A program made the translations under genes and the position numbers. From NCBI RefSeq assembly GCF_009834535.1, contig NC_045696.1, forward strand, positions 372,001 to 436,000: a stretch of 64,000 nucleotides of DNA. The letters are read 5' to 3'. The stretch's first letter is position 1. Each line of letters opens with the position of its first letter. Source of the stretch: Camelus ferus. Its lineage: Eukaryota. Positions 1-12,449 of this stretch are shown here, one piece after another. Under the pieces are notes generated by a model that had not been told where the DNA came from, did no database searches, and saw nothing but the letters and a program-made list of their open reading frames with translations.

Positions 1-1142
1 ATCAGGTGGTAAAGATCAAGGCCTGAGCATAAACACTCAACCTTTTCCCCAGAAAATTAGGAATTCTAGTGTTAGGTTGGAGATGCCAGCAGAAATGCGT
101 CTTTAATGTTTTATGTCATATAAAAAATTGAGAAATGCAAAAAAAAAAAGCTAGAAAACATTACTGCAATTTCAATTCTTAAAGGAATAAAAACAGTTTC
201 ATGTTTTGAATACAATTTCAGACAAGATTTTACTTAACATCAAAACTGTTTCCTTCGGGAATACTTTGACACCCAGATAGGACACAACAGAGGTGTATTA
301 CCATTTACCTAATCAGTCAAGCTTACGTCACTGGTTTTGCCATAAAAAGTATGCAGTAGTGGAGAGAGAAGAAAACCTAAGAAAAGCTTCCCAAACACTC
401 TGCCTTCTGGGGGTAGAGGCGCTAAGTGACCTGACTGTGACCGTTCTGCAACTGACACACGTGTCAGATCATCACAGTGCACACCTTAAACCCCTCCACT
501 CTCACATGTGCATTCGAGCTGGGAAAAGTTTCAATTCTGTCTCCACGTTAAACCCCCAGACGCCGAGAGAGAACCCCGGAGAGAACCAGCTAGGAGGGCG
601 TGTGCAGGGCGCAGCAGGCCAGCAGCCCCGCGGGACGGCTGAGGCTGACGTCTGGGCTTCCAGGAAAAGGGAAGCCGGGGCCCCGGTCTCTCCCGTCACC
701 CCAAGGACAGTGGTCGGGAACATACAGGTGACATCTCGGGAGTGACCTGGGCCACCCGGAAACCTCTGCATGTGCACCACTAAGTGTGAACACTGAGCCG
801 AGCCCAGGCTGAGACGCCCACCAGAACCACCCCGCCTGCCGTACAGGCCGAGGAAGAAACCGCGCCTGTTTCGGGCTCTGGATGAGACAGAAGCACCTCT
901 TCTGTGCCTCAGGCTCCGACTTGGCCCACGCCCCCATGTCTGCAGGATAAGGCCCCTCCCCACCTCTGCAGGTGCCCAGGGTCGGGGGGCAGCCCTGGCA
1001 CAAGAACCCCTGGGTCATCTCCGGAAAGGCTGAAGGTCAATCCTCAAAACCAAACAAATCACAACTGCTTCCCAAGACAGGGTCATATGTTCAGATGCCA
1101 GAGGGGGCCCTCACCGCCCATCCCATGCCCCTCAGCCGTTAC

Positions 1143-1291
1143 CTTCACTTGCTTTGGATGGACCTCCTTCTTCACAGTGACCAGTGACCGTCGGAACCCT
1201 CTGGGGGCAGGAGGGGCCGCAGGACCAGCAGTGGGAGCTCCTAGTCTTCCTGAGCCGTGGGCTAGCATCTCTCCAGACCCCGAGCCAGCAC
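1143..1291 (-). CDS. PCNT: PCNT exon (~ex32), AGSGSGEM...KKEVHPKQVK; 149 nt, phase 1>0
   Basis: CTCTAG| acceptor, |GTAAC donor; resembles recalled human KEKEVRPKHVK. Confidence 0.9.
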
Positions 1292-2062
1292 CTAGAGGCA
1301 CAGTAAAGGCAGGGGAGAGGATCGCAGCTCTGGGGGGCTGCTTGGGGTGAGGCCAGGCCCCCAAACGCCCAGGAGAGCCACGGGGGCTCCTCTCACCAGA
1401 GAAGACATCCAAGGAGCCCCAAGACTGGTGAGAGTACTTCACAAAAACGTAAGATGAGAACTACACACGTTAAGTAAGAAAACATGCAATCTGCACGTTT
1501 GATACGTGAACATCCACAACCTGAACATAAACCTTCAGGGAACTCGGCTCATTTTCACACAGACGCAGGGTCCAGGCCGACGCCCTGGGAGCCAGCACCG
1601 CCACGGTGGCGAGGGGGCCCCATGAGACACATGCACACCAACCCGTCTGCTGCAAATAGAAGGGCCACCGCTTGTGGGGTCCACGCCACACGGGGCCCCG
1701 GCCCAAGCGCCCCGCCAGGCACCTGGCCTGCCCTCACCAGTGTCCACCCCACAAGGGACACCTGGACACTTGGTGCCATCTGGTGCTCATTTCTGTAACA
1801 GGCACTGACGGGGCAGTGGGCAGAAACTCAGTGAGACCTGTGGACCGGACGTCACAAAACACACGGTGACCCTCCCAGGAGGGGACTGATAACAGGTCAA
1901 GTGACGCTCAGTGCACAGACCCAGAGGCAGACAGACGTGGGGGGAGAGGCAGAGGGGAGCAGGAGCAGGCAGACACGCCAGGTTACCACGGGTTGGTAGG
2001 GCAGGGGCGCTCCCCCTGGTCTACACGCCACAGCTGCAGAAGTAAAACTGTGACTGACTCAC

Positions 2063-2159
2063 TTTTTTCAGCACTTTCTCCTTCTAACCCCAAAGGAGGT
2101 GATCTTGACTTTTCTTGAAAATCAAGAGATGTTACGATAAAATCTTCAACATCTTTCTC
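2063..2159 (-). CDS. PCNT: PCNT exon (~ex31), EKDVEDFIVTSLDFQEK...SAEK; 97 nt, phase 0>1
   Basis: GAACAG| acceptor, |GTGAGT donor; translated by hand. Confidence 0.93.
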
Positions 2160-3034
2160 CTGTTCAAATAGGGAGATTTGTAAATGGTCATAAAATAATA
2201 ACTTATTATGTCACAGAGTTCAACTTGCCAGCTGGAAACTAAGATCTGAGGCTGTCATCTTCCCACACAGAACCCAAACCCAAAAAGCGTTCAAAGCTGG
2301 TGGACATGAGGTTAAACGCTCATAATTTAATCAAATTCATCCACATTTCTCTAGGAATATGTTAAAGAAGTTACTGGCAAATATTTCATATTTTAAAGTC
2401 GTGCCTGCTGCAGGAGCACACAGACAAAAGACGGAAGCATGTGGGAATGAATGGTCGTATATGGACCCCTTAAATTACACAAACCGCATAATTTACCTGC
2501 CACTTTATCTAATCCAAGATACACAAAGTCTCAAAATTATGTCAGAGAAAATATAATCCAGCCCAAAAAAAATAAATGGAAGTGTTCCTGAAGTTAATTA
2601 GACTATATGTTGAACTCACTAAATATGAACTGCAACTGAAAATAAATCTAAAAAGACACGTTCTAGACCAAGAACCCTACGCAGAACACACGTAAAGATG
2701 TGTTTATGATTATACTTCCCATGAGTCAGGAAATGTGGGTCTGCTGTGAATTTCCGAGTAAGGCTAATGCATTTCAAGTGTTCTTAAGAACAACTGAAGT
2801 GCTCTATGTTCCTATCACAGTCGGTTTGGGTTCGTCCTGCAGGATGCTGACCATCCCACACCTGCTGACCAAGGGACTGCCAGATGCCCACCCAGGCCTG
2901 GCCACCAGGCCACATCAGGAGGTGAACCAACAATGGCTGCAGCTGTGACCCTGCCGGCCAGCCCCGCGGGAACATGCTGGGGCCTTGGGCGTCCCCTGGA
3001 CCCGAGCCAGGACAGCACCCAGGAGACCACTTAC

Positions 3035-3766
3035 CACAGCCCCTCGCTGAGCATGGTGGTCAGTAGAGGGAGTCCTGTCTGCAGCCAGTGGAGACTCCGC
3101 CCACCTAGGGGCCGTTCCTGCTGTGGACTCGCCCAGGTAACAAAGCAGCCCTGACTGGTCGGCCTGGAGCAGTGAGGTGACCGTCCCGTCCCATAGGGAG
3201 GTGTCCAGGCTACGCTGGCTCAGGGCATCCGAGCAGGGTGTCAGGGGCAGGCTGGGCATGGGCTCAAGGGTGGAGTCCTTCCTGGCGACCTCAGGGGAGC
3301 TCCAGGAGGCCAGGTCCATTGTCCTGAGCCCGAGCTTCAAGGGCTCGGGCCCCTCGGCGTGGGCGGGGTCCGGGAGGCATCTGAGCGAGCCCACCTGGGA
3401 GCAGAGCGACCCTTCCTGTGCAGCAACCTGCTCTACCGTGGGCGCATCCAGCATCCCACTTCTCAGCCACGAACCCTGACTTCCAACCGCGTCAACTAGA
3501 TCCCAGGTGGTTGTATCGACACTAAACGCATCGACGGGAGGTGAGCTGCCAGTTTCTTCACTGTTACTGGAACCATCACTCAAACTATTTTCTAGAACAT
3601 GTGAAGACGCCAGTGCCTGCTGAGATGTAAAGCCCTTCGTCTCGACGTCGACGTCTGGGAAGCTCATGGAATGCACCAGACGGCTCAGCTTCTCCTGAAG
3701 TTGTCTCGCCTGAGCTATGAGATCAGCTTTCCGAAGCTGACAACCTTCCAGTAGTTCGCCTTTATC
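3035..3766 (-). CDS. PCNT: PCNT exon (~ex30), DKGELLEGCQL...SWSSPEVARKD...QRGAV; 732 nt, phase 0>0 (separase-site exon)
   Basis: CTGCAG| acceptor, |GTAAGT donor. Confidence 0.95.
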
Positions 3767-3821
3767 CTGCAGGTAAAAAAGGACACACACACAGTGGAAT
3801 AACGAAATTGCACTCTGCCAC

Positions 3822-3852
<31 letters not shown>
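3822..3852. repeat. (GTCT)n tetranucleotide microsatellite, about 7.5 units
   Basis: Directly visible. Confidence 0.95.
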
Positions 3853-3968
3853 ACTTATGAGCCAATTTCAGGGTCTGAGCAAGTAAGGATGAGAGTCCAT
3901 GATGAGCCCTCGGGTCCCTCTAGACTCCTACAATTTCCAGTTTTGTTTCTGTTTTGTTTTAATTCCCC

Positions 3969-4011
3969 TGAACCCCTGCCCAGCCTGCCCCTGACACCCT
4001 GCTCAGATGCC
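3969..4011 (+). repeat. Inverted copy of exonic 3224-3266 (40/43 identity)
   Basis: Base-by-base comparison; 28-nt perfect core. Confidence 0.95.
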
Positions 4012-4019
4012 GAGCCGGG

Positions 4020-7000
4020 ATCCTAGAGAGATGGCAGAGCAGGAAGCACCAGGAATCCCTCTCCCCACCTGGACAACCCGCACTGGCAGAACTGTCCAAT
4101 ACAACCATCCTGCCAGTCTGGGGTCTGTCAAAGACTTGCAACCCCCAAGGGGAAGACTTGGAGGTAAGCTGCTCTCAGCACTTGGCAGGGAAACAGCTAC
4201 CTACCCCTCCATCGAAGGGCCCAGCAGGAATGATGCCTGTGTCCCTGGAGTACCTGCAGGGCCTAGGGTGGGCAAAAAGGACCATGTCCTCCAAAAACTG
4301 GGAATCTGTGCTCTGACTGCTGCTTCTGGTCACAGGGGTGCAGACAAAGAGGCAGGAGGCCAAGGCTGTTGCACCTGTCCCCCTCTTTGTTGCAGCCCCT
4401 GCCCCTCTGGCTGAAGTGACTTCCAGGGGAATCGAAGGGCAAGTGCTCTTTTTCCCTACCGTTGCATTTTCCTCTTTTATCTTTTTGGGGAAAAATTTAA
4501 AACTAGGACATTCAAAAACAACTGCATATATAAGGGAAATTCTGAAGTGACTGTGTGTGCCTAGGGAAAAGGCACAGGCTCAGAAAAGACCTGAGAACTT
4601 AACTTTACACCCCAGGCTGATCCTTAACTCAGAGACAACAATCTAAAAAAACAAAACAAAACAAAACAAAACAACAAAACAAAAACACCCAAACCAAAAG
4701 CCAAAAAAAATAAACCAAAAAAAAAAAAAAAACAAAAACCAACTCTCAAACAAACACAATAACAAAAAATAGCAAACACTGAGAAAGAGAGTCTGATTTC
4801 CAGATTTACCACATTATTAGGTTAAAAAGGTTCCATGTTCAACAACAACAACAAAAGTCACAAGCAAACAATGAAACAGGAAAGTACGGCCCAATCAGAG
4901 GAAAATGAATTAACAAATGAATTAGAAAATGAATTAACAAAAATTATCCAGGAAAAAGACCTGATGATGGATCTACCAAAGACTTCAAAAAAAGCCATTC
5001 AAGGACACATAAAGAATGAAGGAAAATGTGGAGAAAGTCAAAAAATAATGTATGAACAAAATTAAAATATCAATAAAAAAGGAAAAAAGAAATCAAAAAG
5101 AAATTCTGGCTGAAAAGTACAACAGCTGATATTAAAAACTCACTTAAGGGACTCAAAGACAGATCTCAGAAGGCAAAAGAAAGAATTAATGAACTTGAGA
5201 ACAAAGGAAATTATCAAATCTAAGGAAAAGAAAAAAAAGATTGGGAGAAGTAAATGGAGCCTACGGGACCTGTGAGACAGCATCAAACAAACCAACACAT
5301 GCATAATGGGAGTCCCAGAAGGAGAAGGAAGAGAGAAAGAGGCAAAGAGAAAATACGACGATACAGTGAATGAAAACTTTCCAAATTTGATGAAAGATAT
5401 GAACATAAATACCCAGGAAACTCCACAAACTCGAAGTAAGATGAACTCAGAGACCACTGCCAAGACACACCGTAATCAAACTTACAAACAAGCCAAAGAT
5501 AAAGAGAGAATGTTGAAAACTGACTTGCCACATGCAAAAGAACCTCAGTAAGATCAACAGATTTCTCCGCCAGAAACTTGTGGAGGCCAGAGGACAGTGC
5601 GTCAGTGTATTCAAAGTGCTAAAAGGAAAAGCACTGCCAACTAAGAATCCTAAATACAGCAAAACTGTCCTGCAAGAGTAGGGCAGAAATTAAAACATTC
5701 CCAGAGAAACAAAAGTGAGGCAGTTTGTTACCACTAAGACCTGCTCTGTGAGAAATGTTCAAGAGAGTCCTGCAGGGGAACTGAAGGAACCCTAGATAGT
5801 AAATGCAAGCTGTGTGGAGAAACAAAGATCTCAGTAAAGGAAAACGCGTGGGCAATTACAAAAGCTAACGTCACCGTAACAATGGCTTGTAACTGTGCAT
5901 TTTGTTTTCATCATGAATTAAAAGATTTTTTTTATCTTTTAAAAATATTTTCTAAGTTATTAGTCTGAAAGGTAGTATTGTAATTTGATTTTGTGACTCC
6001 ACATGTTTTCTACATAAAGAGATTAATGAATTTTAAAGAATTATTAGTTTATGTTTTGAGGCATACAGGCATAATAAGCATTAGCTTTTGTAAAAGAGAA
6101 ACGAGAAGGGAATTTAAACATTTCACTATTGAAAAAAAATCAATCAAACACAAGAGAAGACAGTAATGCAGCAAATGAGGGACCAAAAACGCTACAAGGC
6201 ATAAAGAAAACAAATAGCAAAGTGACAAGAGTACAGGGCTCTTTATCAGTAATGACTTTAAATGTAAATGGGTTAAGCTCTCCAAAGACAGAGATTGGCA
6301 GTATGTATAAAAACGCATGATCCAACTATATGCCGCCTACAGAAGCTCACTTTAGACTCAAAGACACAAATAGGTTGAAAATAGAAGGACAGAAAAAGGT
6401 ATTCCATGCAAATAATAACCAAAAGAGAGCAGGGTAGCTATTCTAATATCAGACAAAATAAATTTAAACCAAGAAAAGTTACAAGAGACAAAAAAGGAGA
6501 CTGAATCAGTAATTTAAAATCTCCCAACAAAACAAAGTTCTGGACCTGACAACTTCACTGGTGAATTCTACCTAACATTTAAGGAAGAAGTTACACCAAT
6601 TCTTTAGGGTCTCTTTCACAGGACAGAAGCAGAGGAAATGCCCCTAACCTATTGTGTGGGGCCTGCAAGACCCTGAGAGCTAAAGCCAAAGACACTGCAA
6701 GAAATGAAAACTGCAAACCAGTATCCCTTATAAACATTTGTGCAAAAATCCTCAACAAAATAATAACAAATCAAATTCAACACTAAAGGGATTATACACC
6801 GTAATCAAGTCGTGTTTATTCCTGAAATTCAACATGGGAAACTCCGTCGATGCAACACACCACATCAACAAAACGAAGGGAAAAAAGCCACACGATCTTC
6901 TCAGTTGATGCAGTAAAAGCATTTGAAAAGCAAAACCCAATACCCTTTCATGATTAAAAAAAAACAAACAAAACACGCAAGTCAACACACTAGTAGAGGG

Positions 7001-9060
7001 AAACTACTTTAACATACAAGAGCCACACACGAGACACCCTCAGGGAACATCACACCTGAGGAAAGGCTGGAGACTTTTCCTCTAAGATCAGGAACAAGGA
7101 AGGAGTGCCCACTTCCCTTACACACAGCACTGGAAATTCTAGCCAGAGCAATTAGGCAAGAGAAAGAAAGAAAGGGCATCCAAGCCGGAAGGGAGACATA
7201 AAGTGATCTGTGTTCACAAATGACATGATCCTACATGTAGAAAACCCTAACGGGTCCACAAAGTATTAAAACTAATAAGTCAACTCAGCAAAATCACAGG
7301 ACGCAAAGCCAGCACATAAAAATCAGCTGCGTTTCTGCACAAGGACAATCTGAAAAGAAAATGAAGAAAACAGTTCCATTTACAATAGAAAAAACAACAA
7401 CAACAAAAATTAACCAACAATTCACCAAGCAAGTGAAAGACTCGTACAATAAAAGAACAGACATTGCCAAAAGAAATTAAGGAAGACACAAATAAATGGA
7501 AACACATCTCATGGTTATGCTCTGGAAGACAGTACCGTCAAGATGTCAGTATTACCCAAAGCGATCTACAGATTCAACGCGGTCTCTAATCAAAATTCCA
7601 GACATTTTTGCAGAGATAGAAAAACCCGTCCTGAAATTCATATGGGATTTTAAAGGACCCCAAACAGCCAAAACCACCTTGGAAGAGAAGAACAAAGCTG
7701 AAAGACTTACACTTCCTGGCTTCAAACCTTCTGACAAAGCTACAGTAATCAAAACAGTGTCACACTGGCATAAAAACAGACACGGGATAGAACAGGAAGT
7801 CCAGGAATAAACCTCAGCGTGTACTGGAAAAGGATTTTTGACAATGGTGCCAAGACCATTCAGTGGGGAAAGGACTGTTTTCACAAATGACACTGGGAGT
7901 ACTGGATTATCCACACGCGGAAGAATGAGTTGGACCCTTCCCTAACACCACATACAAAAATTAAACCGAAAAAGATCAGACTTAAATGTAAGACCGAAAA
8001 CTATAATACTCTTGAGGAGAAAACATGGCAAAAGTTTCACATCATTGGATTTGGCAATGATTTCGTGGATATGACGCCAAAGGTACTGGAAACAAAATAT
8101 TAGACTTCATGACATTTTTTAAGTTTATGCATCAAAAGATACTATTAACAGTAAAAATGCAACCCACAAAATGAGAAAAAATGTCTGCAAATCAGACACC
8201 ACAATAAGGGATTCATTTATCCAAAACTACAGAGAGAAATCCTAGAAGAATTAAAAGAACCAAACATCCTGATTCAAAAATTGCCAACGGACCTGAACAG
8301 ACATCTCTCTAAAGAACATACACAAATGGCCAATAAGCACATGAAAAGATACTCAATATCACTAATCATCTGAGAACTGCAAATTCAAAACTACAATTAG
8401 GATGGCTACTAGCAGAAAAACAGAACATAACAAATACTAGCGAGGCTGTGGAGAACTTGGAACCCTTCTGCACTTCTGATGAGAATGAAAGCAGTGCAGC
8501 CACAGTGGGAAACACTATGGCAGGTCCTCAGAAAGTGAAAAATGGAACCACCATGTGATCCAGCAGCTCTGCTTCTGGGCATACACCTGACAGAGGTGAC
8601 ACAGTCTCTAAGAGGGATCTGCACACCCATGTCTACAGCAGCATGACTCACAACGGGTAGCGTGGGGAAGCAGCCCAGTGTCCACCAGCAGATGATGGAT
8701 AAGCAAAATGTGGTGTATACACACAGTGGAGTATTACTCGGCCTGAAAAAGGAAGAAAATTCTGACACATGCTACGACATGGATGAACCTTGGTGACAAC
8801 ATAATGAGTGAAATAAGGCAGAGTGAAGACAAATGCTGTGTGACTCCACTTATGTAAGATTCCTAGAGCATCTCAGAACTCACAGGAACAGAGAGCAGAA
8901 TGGTGGGCGCCGGGGGCAGGGGGGCTACTGGTCAGTCACACGGGCAGTTGCAGTTTTACAAGATGAAAACAGCTATGCAGACGGACAATCACACAATATT
9001 ATGACTTTACTTAATATCACTGAGTATACATTTCAAGTTGATTAAGATGTATTTTTACCA
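4020..9060 (+). mobile_element. Old degraded L1 (L1M-type): 5' region, ORF1 remnant ~5060-5800, ORF2 remnants with internal deletions, 3' UTR; includes A-rich (AAAAC)n tract ~4645-4770
   Basis: Peptide remnants GVPEGE..ENFPNLMKD, TLNVNGL, LKFIW..KGP..LPGFK..KATVIKT; boundaries approximate. Confidence 0.85.
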
Positions 9061-10095
9061 CACACACACGTCAAAACCTACTTTTTCAGGAAACAAAGCC
9101 TGGAAGGTTCTATATGCAAACACTGGAAAAAACAAAATTGTGATTTATGAAATGAATTTGGAATTTCCTTGTCAGTGTATGACTTCTAAGAATTTGGCGA
9201 CCAGCTCTTGGGATCCAGGGCTAAGCTTTCCCTTAAGAGTCCAAATAGATGTTCCTACCACAGGGCACTGAGACAAGTTTGCCACAAAGTCAGTGAAGAG
9301 GTTCTCTCCAAACAGAATATATCTTCTGAGGGGACCTGATAAACGCACAAAACCAGATTCAGGTGTCCTCTATGAAACTGCAGGCCTTGGCCTGCGGTCC
9401 TGTGCGCTGCAGGATTCGGAATCTCCCAGTCTCCCAATCCCCAACATGGTGCCTGTGGCACAGCACAGGGGGTCCCGGGGGCTCAGGCTGGAACCCGAGC
9501 ACAGTGTGCAGCGTGCACACAGCAGGGTGACGGGCTCTCACCCGAGCACCTGTCAGGTCTCAGAGCGTCTCAGCTCTATGACAGTCTGATGCTGCTGACT
9601 GCAGCCTCCCCACCTGGGACAGAAAAGTTGGCTTTCTTGTAGCTTCTGTCCTGGTGACCAGAATTTTAAACCTGCTGAGTTGAAGACTGCTCTGCTCTAC
9701 TTGGCCAGGAGGACGAGCGAAAAGATGAAGGGAAAACCCTGGAGGGTCAGAGGATAAACGTGACGCCTTCAGGTGAAGCCGACGCTGCCAATAAAGGCTG
9801 CGGGCCACTCGTCCTCATGGGAAAACTCCAAGACACAGCCCTGGCCCAGTCAGACCCCCACCTGTATCAACCACAAGGGAAAAATAACTGCTCATTTTTT
9901 ACAAGATGATTAGACCACGAGAAACGTGCGGGTGAATCAAACGTGGGAAATTTCAAAACGGATCTGAACGAGTGGCAGACTGCGGGAGGACGTCACTGTC
10001 TGCAGCCCATGTGCGTGACGCCAAGGGGTTCTCTGTCCATAACCAGCCCCCGTGCTCTGGGCCCCCACCCGCTGAACATGGCCAGGCACCCTCAC

Positions 10096-10281
10096 CGTTC
10101 CGGACACGTGGTCGTGGTCCTCCACGCGCGAGCACATTTCCTTCTTCACCAGAAGCAGCTCGGACTCCAGGAGCCTCTGGCAGACTGTGAGCACGGACAT
10201 CACGTCATCTTGCTTGCAAAGGCCTGCGCGGTTCAGCGTCACCAGGGCTTTGGCAGGCTGCAAGTCCGCCGTAGCTGGGCT
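10096..10281 (-). CDS. PCNT: PCNT exon (~ex29), SPATADLQP...MSVLTVCQR...VSGT; 186 nt, phase 0>0
   Basis: TTGCAG| acceptor, |GTGAGG donor. Confidence 0.9.
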
Positions 10282-10523
10282 CTGCAATGAGCAGAAAAAA
10301 CCACAATGATGCCTGCGAACACGCAGCCTCAGACTCTGGGAGCTCCGGAGCCGGCTCGCCCGCCAGCAAGTCTCCCAGGGAAAGTCCACAGCTCGTGACC
10401 CACATCACACAAGTGGGGCAGGAGACCAGAGAAGCACATGCCCACAACAGGCCAAGACGTGCTGGAGGCTGGGGCAACCCCACAAAGCACGGCCTCCCGC
10501 AGACATCAAGCACACTGCAGCTC

Positions 10524-10631
10524 CTCCAGCTCCTGCCTGCACCCCAGTCCCCCTCCTATACTCCAGCTCCCCTGCCTGCACCCCAGTCCCCCTCCTACAC
10601 TCCAGCTCCCCTGCCTGCACCCCCAGCTCCC
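10524..10631. repeat. 39-bp GC-rich minisatellite, about 2.7 copies (CTCCAGCTCCCCTGCCTGCACCCCAGTCCCCCTCCTAYA)
   Basis: Directly visible. Confidence 0.9.
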
Positions 10632-10713
10632 ACATGCACCCCCATATCCCCACCTCACCCAGCTCCCTGCACACAGAGGCTGCACAGCTGTAGCCCAAGG
10701 AGGAAGGACCCAC

Positions 10714-11574
10714 CTGTGGGTCACCGCCATGGCCGTGGGGAGCCTCCTGCTCCAGCCCTTCATCACATGGCGCCTGGCACTGGGTGCTGTCGTCCATACA
10801 AGGGGGTGGGTGGACCCCGCACACCTGCTCCCTGTCCAGCTCCCTCTGGCACCTCACAAACTGCTGGTGGAGCACCTGCAGCTGGCGGCTGAGGCGGCGA
10901 CACTGTGCTCGGAGCCGCTGCAGCTCAGGGGGCTCCTCAGCGGCAGCCAGGGGCTGCTGCTCCAAGGCATGGCGGAAGCGGGCCACAGCCGACAGGAGGG
11001 CCTCCAGCTCAGAGGAGTGGGCCCGCCTCTCTTTGTTCACGGCCTCGATTTCTAGGTCTCTTTCTGCAATCTTCACGTCCTTGGCTTTCAGGGCAGCTTC
11101 AAACTCCCGGATCTGGGAGGCCAGGCCTTGAACCTCAGCCTCCCTGAGGGCTGCACTCTGCTCCAGCTGGGCCAGCCTCCGCGCGGCAGCCTCCTCCGCA
11201 TCCCGCAGGCGCCCCTGCAGGGCCTCTAGGGCCTGGCCGTGCAGGCGCTCCTGCTCACTCAGCAGCCGGCCCAGGGCTTCCTTGGCCTCCAAGGCGGTGT
11301 GCAGCTCGCCCTCCAGCACCTCGCGGGCCGCGGCTCCCTCTGCCTGCAGGCCCAGCAGCTCGTTTTTCAGGCTGCCCGCCCCGCCACTGTCACCGCCGCT
11401 GACCTCGTGCAGCGCCGGCCCCGCGATGGACAGCTCCCGCTGCAGCTTCTCGATGACCTCGTGGAGCTGGTCCACCTCCTCCGCTCTATCCTTCTGTAGC
11501 CGCTCCTGGTTCTCCCGCAGATTCTCAATAATGGATTTCAGCTCCTCAATTTCAGAACCCCTGTCACACATGAC
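10714..11574 (-). CDS. PCNT: PCNT large exon (~ex28), VMCDRGSEIEELK...GGDPQ; 861 nt, phase 0>0
   Basis: CTTCAG| acceptor, |GTGGGT donor; long E/L/Q-rich coiled coil. Confidence 0.95.
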
Positions 11575-12159
11575 CTGAAGAAAAAGCACGTTTCAGAGGA
11601 AATTAAATGGCCGACTTCAGAATTTCCCCTTTCACCTTGCAGTTCAGCCTGAACTCACTCCCACAGAAGCGGAGGGACTCCACAGCTTAAACGACCAAAC
11701 AGCTGTGGAAGCTGGCTAACAATGCCACCAAACAACACGAATGTCTGAAAACCACCCAAACATCCAGCTACTTCAGGTGGAGCGAAATGGTCAAAAAGCC
11801 ACACGCGCCACCGCTGCCCTGCCGCCTGTTCAAATGCTTCGATTCCGGCCACGTCCTGCTGCTTCCAGACCTCACCCAACGCGGCTGCCCAGGCTCAGGG
11901 GACACTCTAACTTGGCCACATCTCAGTCACCTTTTAAATGTATTTTGTTAGCATGTCAACAACTTTGACGTGTTTGATTTTCCTAAAGGGGGCATTTAGA
12001 TTGTAGGTGTCATTCTAACAGGAGAATAAGAATAAACGTGAGAAGTCGGGCTGGGGAATTTGCATTGGTTAGGAGTGTGAAAGAGCCAGCGCACGCAGCA
12101 TGCTTTTCACACTGTGCGCAGCGGGGACAGGGGACTCGGCACGCCAGGTGCTGAAGGGT

Positions 12160-12355
12160 GCTTCTGCCTGTGCTATCTCACTCTCAACAGTCCGAAGGTA
12201 AGAAATGTTACTGCTCCTACTTTAAAGATGGGACAACTGAAATTTAAATATGAAGAATCTTGCCAAGACTGCAAAGACAGCAAATGGAAAATCAGGACAG
12301 AAACCTGTGTCCATACGGCTCCAAACTCCATTCTGTTAAGATTACATCACCAGTA
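12160..12355 (-). mobile_element. MIR SINE fragment
   Basis: Resembles MIR core (ttta.agatg.g..aactga...cttgcc.aag...ctccaaa); boundaries approximate. Confidence 0.6.
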
Positions 12356-12449
12356 GTGACCAAAAAATAAGAAAGTTCTAACCAATCTGTATTCTAGTTA
12401 ACAATTTTCAACCAAATTGTCACAATACTGTTTTGCTTCCTAAAACAGG

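Noticed and set aside
830..939. Acceptor-like CCTTATCCTGCAG as the next PCNT exon
   Set aside because: No frame resembles the expected ALLQMVRDESHQIL peptide; the next exon probably lies beyond the window edge
10524..10631. CRISPR-like array
   Set aside because: Direct tandem units with no unique spacers, in a mammalian intron; same for 38593-38672
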